Shown: positions 27,379-40,614 of the stretch, piece by piece
Layout: the number at the start of each line of letters is the position of its first letter
How positions within the stretch are numbered: position 1 is the stretch's first letter
NCBI GenBank assembly: GCA_964016885.1
Contig: OZ024742.1
Span: 120,776,001 to 120,840,000, forward strand
Direction: 5' to 3'
DNA from: Eledone cirrhosa
Taxonomy: Eukaryota
Length of the DNA stretch: 64,000 nucleotides
Position numbers and translations under genes: made by a program
The notes under the pieces: generated by a model
What the model saw: the letters and a program-made list of their open reading frames with translations, nothing else
Databases searched by the model: none
What the model was told of the DNA's origin: nothing

Positions 27379-27383
<5 letters not shown>
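26838..27383. mobile_element. unclassified non-coding insert between (TA)n tracts, probably Penelope-like terminal sequence
   Basis: CpG-richer than its flanks. Ends gAATAAAgcactctataaatcac then (TA)n. A minus-strand CTGAAGA...GAAA encloses an 8-bp stem. Confidence 0.45.
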
Positions 27384-27437
<54 letters not shown>

Positions 27438-27506
27438 TGTATATATATATGCATGTATATATATATGCATGTATATATATATATATATATGTCTGTATAT
27501 ATATAT

Positions 27507-28281
27507 CATCATCATCATCAAAGGGGTGGTGTGGATGGGGTGGGGGTAGTGGGACGGGGGTGTATTTTTGTTAAGAGGTGCCTACTGACTGTAGGTTTCA
27601 CTTTGTACTTAAACAAGGAGGGTCTTCTGTATTACTGTGTAGCGCCAAAGATCTCGGTCCAGTGACATTGTCTTGGAGAGGTGTAAGTGTGTGAGGTCGG
27701 AATTTATCAAGTTGTCCCAGGTTTTTCTGGGTCTGCCTACTCTGTGGCTACCGTCTATTTTTATCGCCCTGCACTTTTTTATACAGCTGTCGTCTTTCAT
27801 GCGCATCACGTGACCATACCAACGTAGTCTTCTCTCGAGTAAACAACATCTGATCCCTCTTATTCCTAATTTCTCCCTTAGTTCATTTATGCTTTGCCGT
27901 TCACGTATATTACTATTACACATCCAGCGGAGCATGCAAGCTTCGTTCCTCTCCAGTCTGCGTAGATCCTCTGCACACAATGCCCAAGTCTTACTGCCAT
28001 ATAACATTGCTGTTCGTATGCAGGCATCATACAGCCTGCCTTTCATTTTTAGAGAGAACCCTTTAGCAGCCAATAGTGGTATAAGCTCCCTGAACTTTTT
28101 CCATCCCGTTCTGACTCTAGCTACTGTACTTTCAGGTAACAGAAGGTGTCCACTATTTCTATAGAACCATCTGTGCAATGGAATGAGCTAGTATTCTGTG
28201 GGCACTTGCTGCTACTTATTGCACCTGAGCACCGGCCACATATAAAATCTATATTCTTAGTTAGCTTACCTGTGATCCCAC
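27507..28281 (-). mobile_element. RTE LINE 3' fragment, same family as 44179-47199, inserted in (TA)n
   Basis: ORF 27609-28178 is nearly identical to the C-terminus of ORF 44571-45587, with internal deletions. Confidence 0.95.
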
Positions 28282-28647
28282 TATATATATATATATATAT
28301 ATATACACAGGAATTATTGTTTATATACAGGATAATTTTATAGATGCAATTTATAGACAGAATTTCTATTGAGTTTATTTGAAATTCTTTGATCTTTCAG
28401 AAGATCCCTGAAGTTCTATATATATCCAAAGGATATTCAGAATTTTCTTCTTTTCTATCTCAAATTTTGTGTCAAAGGCTCTTTTGTAACTAAGAGTTGT
28501 TCTAAGATAATTTGCAGATAATTATTAATAAATTATCTTGTCTTCTCTTGTCTTTTTCCCAAAAGAACTCAAACCTAAAAAATTAACCTTTTTTTTTGTA
28601 TTTCTAATGTATTTTACTTTACAACATTTTATTTATTTATTCAAAAC

Positions 28648-28745
28648 AACAAGAAAGAAGAGAGAGGAAAATATTTACAGTACAGGGATAATATCTGAAT
28701 ATTATCCCTGTACTGTAAATATTTTCCTCTCTCTTCTTTCTTGTT
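28648..28745. repeat. perfect hairpin, 47-bp arms, 4-nt loop
   Basis: aacaagaaagaagagagaggaaaatatttacagtacagggataatat-ctga-atattatccctgtactgtaaatattttcctctctcttctttcttgtt. Confidence 0.95.
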
Positions 28746-29689
28746 TGTATTAATTTGTGGCTGCTTCAAAAATTCCCTAAACTATGTTCTTATTCTCTTT
28801 CTCTCTCATTCCATAACTAAATGTTGTTCCAATATATGCTGCAGGAGAATGAAAACCATAAAAAATGCAATTTCCTCTTTTTTTCCTGATAACTGGTAAA
28901 TGATCTTGAATTTGTCTATAGAATCTTGTAGAACTTTTAACTTTATTTTTTATAGTATTTTTATAGTATTTTTATTGTATTATTATTGTATTTTTATAGT
29001 ACTTTTATTGTATTTTTATAGTATTTTAAAAGTATTTTTATAGTATTTTTATAGTATGTTATAATGTTTATCACTCCATTTGAAGAAGAGGCACACCTCT
29101 TAAAAAAACACCAAGCTTAGAAACTTTATCAGCAATTTTCAGAAACAGAAAACTGTAAAGCTATGTGAAGCAAAAAAGTATGATAAAATCTTTGTTAAAT
29201 GCGATAAGACAAAGGATATATAATAGACATAGAAATAGACATACCACAGAGTTTTCTTGAACTCCATTACAAATAATTACAGAGATAATTATAAACTGGA
29301 ACACTCTCAACATAGTCTATACCAAAGGCCTAAAAATATTTCTAACATATATATACATGACTTGACCAAAGGACTATAGCCTATACAACCATAAAGACCA
29401 TAAACTAATTTTGACCTCAAACCATATATTTGACTAAACCATACTAAAATTGATACTGGAACAGACACTTATTCAATGGTATTTTCTCTCATGTCAAGAA
29501 TGTATCTCTCTTGACTTTAAGCCTTTAGCAGTTACATTACCCTATATTTACTATTATATTTCCACAGTAAAGGTTTTATCTCACGTAATATCTTACATAA
29601 TATCGAATCTATGTGATTTTCATATATTTATTTTGAGAACAATAACTTAACATCAGTATGAGTGGCTGGTTACACACGGTTTGAACAGA

Positions 29690-30632
29690 AAGAGTTTGGT
29701 ACAGTGGAACACAGGCTGATGTGATCACATGTGAAAGAGTTAGATCTGTACAGTGGAACATAGACTGATGTGATCACATGTGAAAGAGTTCTGTACAGTG
29801 AAACATAGACTGATGTTATCACATGTGAAAGAGTTAGTTCTGTACAATGGAACACAGGCTGATGTTATCAAATGTGAAAGAGTTCTGTACAGTGGAACAC
29901 AGACTGATGTGACCACATGTGAAAGAGTTAGATCTGTACAGTGAAACATAGGCTGATGTGATCACATGTGAAAGAGTTCTGTACAGTGAAACATAGGCTG
30001 ATGTGACCACATGTGAAAGAGTTCTGTACAGTGAAACATAGGCTGATGTTATCACATGTGAAAGAGTTCTGTACAGTGAAACATAGGCTGATGTGATCAC
30101 ATGTGAAAGAGTTCTGTACAGTGAAACATAGGCTGATGTGATCACATGTGAAAGAGTTAGATCTGTACAGTGAAACATAGGCTGATGTGATCACATGTGA
30201 AAGAGTTCTGTACAGTGAAACATAGGCTGATGTGATCACATGTGAAAGAGTTCTGTACAGTGAAACATAGGCTGATGTGACCACATGTGAAAGAGTTAGA
30301 TCTGTACAGTGAAACATAGGCTGATGTGATCACATGTGAAAGAGTTAGATCTGTACAGTGAAACATAGGCTGATGTGATCACATGTGAAAGAGTTCTGTA
30401 CAGTGAAACATAGGCTGATGTGATCACATGTGAAAGAGTTCTGTACAGTGGAACATAGGCTGATGTTATCACATGTGAAAGAGTTCTGTACAGTGAAACA
30501 CAGACTGATGTGACCACATGTGAAAGAGTTAGTTCTATACAATGGAACACAGGCTGATGTGATCACATGTGAAAGAGTTAGTTCTGTACAGTGAAACATA
30601 GACTGATGTTATCACATGTTAAAGAGTTAGTT
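29690..30632. repeat. 45/49-bp minisatellite, about 20 copies
   Basis: Unit ctgtacagtgaaacataggctgatgtgatcacatgtgaaagagtt, with an optional agat/agtt insert. Confidence 0.97.
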
Positions 30633-30649
30633 GAAAATAAACTTGTTAT

Positions 30650-31010
30650 TTGCATGTTTATTGGATGTTACACGAGAATCCTGAGACACACTTTCAACAT
30701 ATCTTGGCGACAGAGAGTCACAAATGAAGAACTCTATCTGGATAGGTCTCCCATGCTGGATATTGTTTGTCTAAGAAGGATGCATTTTGCAGGATATTGT
30801 TGCACGTCAAAAAACGAGTATGTCAATCGTGTTCTTTTATGGAAGACTGTGCATGGTCATAGAAGTAGAGATCGTCCTACAACAACATATCTGGATATGC
30901 TATATGCTGACATGGGAGGAAATGTTACGGATCTTTGGAGTGATAATGCTAGATCGAGACAAATGAAAAGAATACTGTTCATTAGATATAGGAAACTCGA
31001 CTCATGAGTG
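30650..31010 (+). mobile_element. degenerate RTE-type LINE 3' fragment
   Basis: GCYTRILR..FNISWRQRVTNEELY...RRMHFAGYC...VLLW..HGHRSRDRPTTTYLDML. Confidence 0.8.
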
Positions 31011-31851
31011 AGAGAAATTAAAATATAGAGAAACACATAGAATATTTGTTTTCTCATTATGAGAAAGTTAGTTATATAACTAAATCCCTCCAAAATCTTG
31101 ATTTTCTTCAAAATGATTTGATAATCATAGGCAGTTTATAACTATCCATGGATACAATTAAATATAATATTACTCCAAAGTTCCGTGTTTCAGCTGGTTG
31201 GTGTAAAAGGTTCACAAACAAAAACGGACTAGAATTACATCTGTGAGCTGGTAGTGATTAAGCTTTGAAATAATTGTATGGATTTTATAGATGTATTTTT
31301 ATTAAAGTTTATTAAAATCAATTCTAAATGTTTATTTTATCCTGCTACAGTCTCATGAATTTATCTATAGAAGCCTTTCATGTGTGCAAAACAAATATAG
31401 TCAGTTCTTTGTTGACTGGTTGCAATATGCAGCATATATTGTCAGTCAGGTGTTGCAATTTAAAAGCACTGACTGGTCTTTTTATTCATTGCTATGATAT
31501 CTACGGTTTTGAGACTCTGCTTGACTGTGTTTGGCAAAATTTTAATTATTTAGCTAAATGTGTTTATTATTTCAATGGAACGACAAGTGAAGCTGCAAAC
31601 AATATTCACAAAAATGACATATGATATATCTACAGATCAAAGGATAAAGCTAAAATATAATAAGCACAAAAGGAATGCCAATAATCTATAGATGAAATTA
31701 TATATATATGCATTTATATATATATATGCATATATATATATGTATATGCATATATATATATGCATATATATATATATGTATATGCATATATATTTATGTG
31801 TATATATACATATATATGCATATATATATGTGGTGTATATATATATATATA

Positions 31852-31934
<83 letters not shown>

Positions 31935-32673
31935 ATATATATTGAATATTAAATGAGTATTATATATCGTAAGTATGTCTACATTAATGATTGTATCAAT
32001 CATTGTACAACTAAATACACCAAAACTTTGCTCATAATTATTCATATAAAGTAATCCGAAAATAAATTTGACATTGATAGCAATAAAGCTTTTTTTTTCA
32101 TTTTTATCTAGACAGAAATTTATATTATAAATAGATGTCAACACAATTTATGTCCCATGAAATTACATATGGAACAATTGATAGAGTGGTTTAAATTTTT
32201 TTTACATTCTGAAAATGTTAAATACTCTGCTTCAATTTATTCAAATTCTTATTTTTAAAAAACTTTTTGAAATTATTATTTTTTTTTAATTTAAAATATA
32301 TTTTTGCCAAGACCTGAATGTCTGATGTTCAAAACAAAAATCTGAAAGCTGTTAAAAAATGTGTAATAAAAATTTAGATAGGGTTTTATGAAAATTTACA
32401 CGTAAATGATAAATGCTTTAGTCTCTTGTACTGACACAATTGTGTGTCTCACTAACAAAAAGTTGAATAATAAATTTGAATATAAGCTAATTTAAGTGTG
32501 CCACCTTTATGAAAATGAAATTGATTTTCTAGAAAAACAGGATCATGTGATTTCCACAATTTTGACAGCGTTTGCACTTTTATAGCCTATATCAGTAATG
32601 TTCAAAGGTCATTTTTGAAATTGCTATTTGTTTTATTTAAGGTAGTAAACTTTTGAAACATTTTATGCAGTTA

Positions 32674-34023
32674 TCTATATTATAATTCTGCTTGTTTGTT
32701 CATTAAGCGTTACGCTTTAGTTAGTTAGAGAGAGGGTGGAGATAGTATGAGACATATATGTTTAGTAAGATTGAGAGAAAGAGAAAGATGTAGAAAGAAT
32801 CACTGTACAGCTAAAAAGTGGGAATGGGAGGGTAAACGACTGAAGAGAAGCAAATGTCTTCTGTAGGTGAATATTTATTTTTAATCTCTTTTTTATTCAC
32901 TCTACAAGGGAGACAACTCGATTAGACTATTGTAGGGGTTACAACGTTTGAGGAACGATCACTTGTGATAGTTCAGTCTGGGTTCAACTTCTGGTTATCC
33001 TGGGTCCTTCCAGTTACATAATAGAAATTTCACAGCATGGGGGAAGCGATTAAAAAAGTGGATCTTATGTTAAGGCAAGCACTGTTACATAATCTCTGCA
33101 AGATATTTACTCTTTCATCGATGCACAACTTACAGGATCATGTTCCATTTCTGTATGGTCTCAATTTAGTGAGAATTTTCCATTGAATGGAGGAATTTAC
33201 AGCTGCATCCTTGAGTGATCATATGTGGCTTCATGGACAATCGCTTATTAGAGTCTCTAAATGTCATCTGATGGTTAAGGAAGCGTTCTTTAAACAAGCC
33301 CTCCAACATACCTATATAGGTTTTGTCCTCTAGCTGAGTGGATGTAACTTCAGCCTCATAGACAACTGCTGTTGTGTTACACTGTTGTTGTAGAGGGCAT
33401 GATTCCAGATTTCTGCAAGAGCATCTGGGTAGGGTAAAACTCTTAGGGTTGGTGGTGATGTGGGATTTCATATTTTAGCACAGGAATATCCGAGTTTCAC
33501 CCTGTGTCTATTAAAGATAGATCTGTACTTATGCCCTATAGGGAAGTGCTTGTCTAACAGCGCTAAGAATATCTTACCTACATTGGTTCTAACTCCAAGC
33601 AAGAAGGATGGGTAGAACCAAATTATTATTTTTATTATTTTTCTATCTACTGGTAGTGATCCGCAGGAGAGTAAGAATTTTTATTGGAGAAGCCTCTGTA
33701 GGGTAACGCAGTGTTATAGTAAAGTGCCACTCTGTCAAAGAAGGCCTTGTAAGAAGAAAGATTAGAAATCCTAGTGACAGAGTGGCACTTTACTATAACC
33801 ATACACGTATTACAAGAATCCAGCTTTGGATATAACCTCTCAGTTTTTTTACCACCGTATATAATGAGAGTGTGTGTCCATGTGTGTTCGAGTGTCTGCC
33901 TTCTTTAACTCTTTCTTTCTTTCTCTCAAATTATACACAGCAGACGATGTGCATTTTATTACAATTGGTTCTACAAGGGTTAGAAACATTGATCGTCTTT
34001 TCATTTAAACCACTGGCAAAATG

Positions 34024-34025
<2 letters not shown>
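32674..34025 (+). mobile_element. non-autonomous Helitron remnant carrying a Penelope insertion
   Basis: A|TCTATATTATAATTCTGCTT 5' end, similar to the start at 34096. 33965-34025 translates VGSTRVRNIDRLFI*TTGKMKYI, like the end of a PIF1 helicase. No 3' CTAG seen before (TA)n. Confidence 0.5.
32875..33800 (-). mobile_element. Penelope-like element fragment (GIY-YIG endonuclease plus 3' terminus)
   Basis: Motifs IIWFYP..VRTNVGKIFLALLDKHFP..IFNR..KLGYSC and CSCRNLESCPLQQQC..VVYEAEV..TYIG..FKERFLNH. AATAAA near the 3' end; 25-bp inverted repeat at the 5' truncation point. Confidence 0.88.
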
Positions 34026-34095
<70 letters not shown>

Positions 34096-34096
<1 letters not shown>

Positions 34097-36153
34097 CTAT
34101 ATTATTATTCTGCTTTTTGAGAATATTTATTATCTTTTGAAGTGTTTAGAATAATATTTCTTTCCACATATACACAGCATTTCAAGGGCACATTTTCTCA
34201 AACAGGTGCATAGAATATAAACATGAATGCTGAAGAACTTCACAAATTTCAGGCATAATAGAATACATAATGAGCGTCTTAGGAGAAATGGCCCAGCAAT
34301 TAATATTAATGGTAATATAGAAGAATTTTGTGTTGGTGATATGAATGTTTCATGTGATCATTGTGGAACTTTGAAATTTAGAAATGAAAGTTAGAACTGT
34401 TGTAATAATAAAAAAAATCTGTGCTGTCCCCATTGCAAATATACCCAGAGAGACTGATAAATCTCTTTGAAGGAGAAGGCCGGGAAGGAGTTGCATTTTT
34501 CAAGAACATGCGCAATTACAACTGTGCATTTTATTTTGTTTCATTTGGTGTTAAACTTGCATTACCGCCTGGCAGAAGCCTGTATTGCTTTCATATTCAT
34601 GACCAAACATATCACTATATCACACCTCTGTATTCTGGATATGCAATTCATGCCATTGACAAGTACCTTCAAGACATCACTAGTGTCAATAAAATGTTTG
34701 AAAGAAAGGTTTTGTTTTTAGGAGGTGACTGACTTCAGGCAAGTACTGCCAATATATTAGCAAGGAGCACCTGTAAAGTTACATTAGAAATATGGCTTAA
34801 AAACTCCCATCTGTGACACTTCTTTCAACATTTTACATCAAACAATAATATCAGAGTAAGAGAAGATCAAAGAGAGTTTGCAAAGTGGTTACTACACTTT
34901 GGTAACTGAGCAACACCGCCAATTGAAGAACTGAATATGAATGAAGATGATGTTGAAGTGATTCCATTCTCATGTGTAAATGACTCTTTATTAAAACAAA
35001 CTTTCAGCAATACAACGCAACAAGAGAAAAGAATGTGAGTAATTTTATCTCCTAAGAATGCTGATTGCCTATTAATCAATGAAGAGGTTTTCAGACACCT
35101 ACCCAGTCACAGCCATACTTATTCTATTACTGATAATGTGATTACTGGTTATCCTTCAGAGGTTGACAGATATTCTACCGAATTTCTGAATCCACTCATA
35201 CCTTCTGGGTCGCAAACTCTAATTAAAAGCAGGATCAATAATAATGCTTCTATGGAATATTTCAATCCAGAACAGATTATGCAATGGCACAAGATTAGAA
35301 GTTGTGAGAATGCATCAACATTCCATCAAAGCTTCTCATATCAATGGTCCTTTGATGGACAGGTGTGTTCTGATCCTAAGACTGAAGTTAGCATCTCTTT
35401 TACTTTGGAAAGAGCCCATTTCCAGTAAGACTGTCGTATGCTATGACAATCAACAGAGTCCAACATATGATAAAGTGCGTCTGTTCCTTCCTGAGCCAGT
35501 ATTTAGCCATGGGCAATTGTATGTTGCTTTTTCAAGAGTACGCAGTCAGATGTAAAATTTCAAATATTGAGCACTGATAAGCAAGGGAGGCGAGGTAATA
35601 AAACTGTGACAAAGAACATCGTATGTAAAGAGATATTAAGATAAATCTGAGCCAAGTTAAAGTGTTGCAAGTTGCAATGGAATTGAAACTAATCACGTAA
35701 ATATAAACATTCTGTATATTCTCTATATTGTTTTGTGTATATTAATTGTATATAATGTAAAGGAAGACTTGAAGATATCGAGGACTGGTCACAATACTGA
35801 GACCCTTCTATACATGATGGAAAATTGAGACTAAAGGCGATGACTGACAGCAAAAGCATCTAGAGTGCTACCCAACGACTGACTGAATCAGTTGCAGGAA
35901 CATGATGATGAATTATGATTAAATATTGTGTAATAAGGACTATGCAATTATATATTGAGCTCCAATAGGATTAAATATTAATGAATGATATGTATATTAA
36001 GTAATATATATATTGTTATTGCATATTTTTGTATTGTTTATTGCATAACCAACAATAAAATTTATATGCAATAAAAATGCAAATCATCCTTTTTTTCTTA
36101 AATAGCTCCTCTTAAATTTTTTTATTCCGTGGAATTTTCACAAGTCCCACTAG
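34096..36153 (+). mobile_element. internally deleted Helitron (Rep N-terminus fused to PIF1 helicase C-terminal half), degenerate
   Basis: A|TC start and CTAG|T end with a subterminal hairpin remnant ccgtggaattttcacaag. Motifs CDHCG..CC, FFKNMRNYN..F.SFG, LGGD(F)RQVLP, RLCNGTRL and PVFSHGQLYVAFSRV. Confidence 0.88.
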
Positions 36154-38369
36154 TTTTAATCAATCTGATTAAATACTCTTTTTTCCCATACATTGTAGTT
36201 ATAAAGACAAATTCATGCACGCTACACACAAGAATTATTTTCCTGTAGTTATTATTGCCCATCATTTTTTGGACCTATATTTTCCATAATTAGTCATACA
36301 TATTATATATTGCAGTTTCTAAACTCTAAACTGAACAAATTATTTAACTATATACATAAACATGTACAGTACCCTAGGGATATCATTAAGAGCTAACCTT
36401 TAAAAAGTAGTTTCTTAGTCTGTTTCAACTCTCTTCTAATAGAATCGTTCCAATATTATAGAGAAGCAGATTTAAAAACAAGATCTTACACACCGAATAC
36501 AAATCCAGAACATCTACTCATAGAAATAGAATGATAAACAATGATAAATTTATTACTCCTTCAATATCATCGTCATACCACCAGTGGCCAAAAAACATCT
36601 CCAAATTACTTTAGAAACATTTTCACCCACAACATAAATATTATCGATTTTTAAATAAAAACACCATTAAAATTCTTTATTCTACTACTAACGTGGATAT
36701 AACTTCTAACTTCTGAAAAACAAATAAACTACAAAGCAATGCAACTGCATTAATCTCCAGATCATCCTCCATGACTAAAATTTCATGACATAGCTTACAA
36801 TGCAGAGTAAACACCAAGGCCCCCACAACTGAAATGACCTCTAACTTTTCAAATTTAGATATAATTCCAAGAAATCTCAACAAAAGTAACCAAACTTTGA
36901 TAGATACTCATGTCTAAGAAGTGAAAAATAAATCTGTATATCAGAATCTAAAGTAGAAAATCTTATCCAAAACCAGCTCCTAGATTAAGAATATGAAACC
37001 ATTTAACCATTTCACCATTAAGAATTTTGAGATACTATTTACTACATGCCCCATTCATTAATAAACATTCTGACATTCTTTCATACTTAGAACCTTTAAG
37101 TCTTACAAACATTTTCAACCGATAATCAGCCCAATTGATAACATCTTGGTGATGTTTGTTAAAAGTAGTTAAGGAGTTAACTTTTGAGATTTATATTTCT
37201 ACCCACAGAATTTTTATGGCTTCATTTATCCACTAATTTAGAATGCTCCCAATTATTGATTAATCTTTTTAATTATTACCTTCTCATTGTATAATCTAAA
37301 TTCTTAGATTCCACTTTGTTATCTAAATCCTTTCGTTTTATCAAATTAATTTGACATTTCTTGACTTTCCATATCCAATAACAGTTCCATAGTTTCCAAC
37401 TAATTAAATACATTGCTTAACATCTTTATATTGATTTTCTATTACATAAATTCATACTCTAGACAGTGTTGGATGATTTGAATATATAGGCGTATGTGTT
37501 TATCCTATTTTTCCTATTAAATTAATTCACAAATACATCCTCTACAATACATTAACTTAAATTTTTTAATAATCATTTTATTACAATATCTTCTTAAATC
37601 CTTATTTCTATAGATTTTAAATAATTAACACACTCTATTTGTCAATATATTTCCTATAATATCTTCCTTTAGATGTTCTTCACAAGTTAACACTCATTAA
37701 AGTTACTTTCTAATTACACAATATTTTTTACTTAAAATTTAGCAACACTAATAAATATTTAGATTGAAATCTTGAATCATTATGGACTCTTCTCATATAT
37801 GCTATATTATAGTAGTAAGAAACTCTCAGGAGAAGCCCCCACTCACACAAGTGTTTCAGCCCTTAATTCATTACACACTAAAGTAGCTGACTCTTGAGTG
37901 TCCTTTTGATGATGCCTTTTAACCACTCAGAGACTTGTGCATTTAAACTATATGAGGATCGTTTTTGTTCCTACTCAACCAGATCCAACTGGAATTCCTT
38001 TCTACTGCCTCTGCTATCTAACTTATAATTAAATATTTATTTCAAATTTCTTTTTCAAGGTGTGGGTTTAAGTCCAATGGGCAGTGCTGCACACTTTTTT
38101 CTGTCTCCAAGGTTTATATAGGGTGGCCACTGAAAGACTGAATGATATAAAACAAAAATAACTTTGACAAACACATGATTTTTTATTTTTTTATTATTTT
38201 ATTTGGAAATATAAGTCATGGATTTTTTTCAGTATTATGTGTGAAAAACAAGGAATGCTCTATAACCTGCAAAAAAAAGAAAAGAAAAAAGATTGAAAAC
38301 AAACAAGTTATCCAGTGTTAAAAATAGATTGTTTACATACACTATATATTATAAACTCTATATTGTATA

Positions 38370-38503
38370 CAGTGCCAGATTTAGGACAAATGAGACCCTG
38401 TGCTAGTTAGTTATGAGACCCCTTACTTGGGCCCTGAAGGAGGTAAAAAAAATTTTTTACCTGCACTTAAGCACACCTAAGCACAATGGTAAATCTGGCA
38501 CTG
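38370..38503. mobile_element. short hAT-like MITE
   Basis: TIRs cagtgccagattta / taaatctggcactg. Confidence 0.8.
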
Positions 38504-38519
38504 AGTGTGTACTCTAAAT

Positions 38520-38680
38520 CAGACATGGGCAACATTTTTTGAGCAGTGGGCTGCATAGGATGTCTCATCACGGGGTGAGCCACACTACTAAAAAATTCAA
38601 AGCAGTTTTGAAAGTAGGTGTGTCATTCAGAAAACCAAATGGTCCACATGTGGCCCATGAGCTACAGTTTGTCCTGACTG
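38520..38680. mobile_element. hAT (Charlie-like) MITE
   Basis: 8-bp TSD ctctaaat at 38512-38519 and 38681-38688. Degenerate TIRs cagacatgggcaac / gtttgtcctgactg. Confidence 0.75.
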
Positions 38681-39801
38681 CTCTAAATGGTGTACTCTAT
38701 ATTGTATACTCTATATTTTATACTCTATACTATATATTCTATATTGCATAGTCTTGTAGAGATAAATTAATCAATACTCTTTTATCATATTTCATTATAC
38801 TTCCTTAATCAATACTTTCTAATCACTACATCAGATATACTAATTTAATTTAAATTCCTTAATCGATATTTGCTTTTCAAATAATATTTAATCAATTTTC
38901 TAACTAAATTATCACATACCCCATATTAGATTAAATTCCTAAATTAATATTTTCTTACTCCCTCTTCTAAAATCCATGCCCTTTCAGATTTAAATTACTT
39001 AAAATTATCATTTACCTTTTAAGTTAACCTATTTTGCTTAAATTATTGAATCATAACAGTCTCCTCTATATTTCAGATTATACAGTTTTGTGGACTTAAA
39101 TTAATCCTTATTGCTTCATTATATTTTATCTAAATGTCCTTAATCTATACTTTCTAATCAATTCATCGCATATACTAATTTAATTTAAAGTAAATTCCTT
39201 AATCAATATATATTTTTTCGATCTTCAAACATTCTCAGTCAATACTTTCTAACCAATTTATTTCACATACATGTTAAGATTAACACTTCTAATATCTACA
39301 TTCATGTAGATTTCAATTACTCAATATGATCTCAATATTCCCTTTTTAGGTTAACTTACTTAATCATATTTATAATTCAATACTTCATTGCTATTAATCC
39401 AATATGGATGCTTTTATTACTTAATTCACTAAGATTTCTTTCAATACAACTTTAAACTGTTCTGTAACTTTCATTAAAGCTTTTATCAGCATACTGCTTC
39501 ATAAATGTTGTTGTTAATTTTTCAAAATTATTTACAAACCTTCTTTAAATATTTGCATTATGCTATTTTGTCCAATATTTCCCTTATTTAGCAAGAAAAA
39601 CTTTTTCATTCTTCACTCCGTCTGCACCTATTAATATATTTCTTTCTTCAATTTTTCTTTGCACACTCTGTTTGTATTATCGACTATACATAAATATACA
39701 TATACACATATATATATATACTTATGGTAAATATTGATGCAATTCAATTCAAGCACTCTACGTACTTTGTCCACATAGGAATGACAGAGTATATTTAGAA
39801 T

Positions 39802-40346
39802 GTGACAAATATATATATATTTGTATGTATATATATATATATATACAAATATATATATATTTAGAATAAGAAAATGCGAAGTAGTTTCAGATGTTAAAGT
39901 CCTTTATTGATAAGGTTGTGATTCATATATCAATGACGACAGAGGTGACGCGATTCTGCCTGACCAGTGCCATGATCTCATCAGGCAGCTTCTTATATAA
40001 TAAGGTTACGTTCTCGAGACAATCCAAACTAAAACGACAAGGGGAATTAGGGCTCACAAGGGAACGAGCGAAGGCTTCAAGAACATCATATTTGTCCGTT
40101 CCCTTGTCCTTTTAATTTGGATTGCCTCGAGAACGTAACCTTATTATGTAAGAAGCTGTCTGATGAGATCATGGCACTGGTTAGGTGGAATCATGTGACC
40201 ACTGTCGTCATCGCAATATGTATCACAGCCTTACCAATAAAGGACTTTAACATCTGAAACTACTTCGTATTTTCTTATTCTACATATATATATATTTGTA
40301 TATATATATATATATATATACATACAAATATATATATATTTGTCAC
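39802..40346. mobile_element. 545-bp fold-back palindrome, including its TA-rich flanks
   Basis: The arms pair from gtgacaaatata... to ...tatatttgtcac, with a loop near 40067-40097. Each arm carries CTGATGA and an outward-facing AATAAA. Confidence 0.9.
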
Positions 40347-40533
40347 GGCAAAAAGCACCCAGCACACACTGTAAATGTAGTTGGCGTTAGGAAGGGCATC
40401 CAGCCATAGAAAACAAGCCAGAAACTCTCCTATATGAGCAAGACACGGACACCCGACCCAAATTGCCTCTAAATGGGACAAACCTGTCTAACTCATGCTA
40501 GTGTGGAAGATAGACATTAATTGATGATGATGA

Positions 40534-40536
<3 letters not shown>
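40341..40536 (+). mobile_element. RTE 3' UTR fragment
   Basis: aaaagcacccagcacacactgtaaa..ttggcgttaggaagggcatccagcc..catgctagtgtggaa..(gat)n. Confidence 0.85.
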
Positions 40537-40575
<39 letters not shown>

Positions 40576-40614
40576 GATATTAACAAATGGAAACTATATT
40601 TATAAAACCATATC

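Noticed and set aside
36400-37790. Possible ancient minus-strand LINE (endonuclease-like LWVEY)
   Set aside because: Too decayed to translate into convincing motifs.
38790-39420. Degenerate about 335-bp direct duplication of AT-rich sequence
   Set aside because: A low-complexity old tandem repeat with no further structure.
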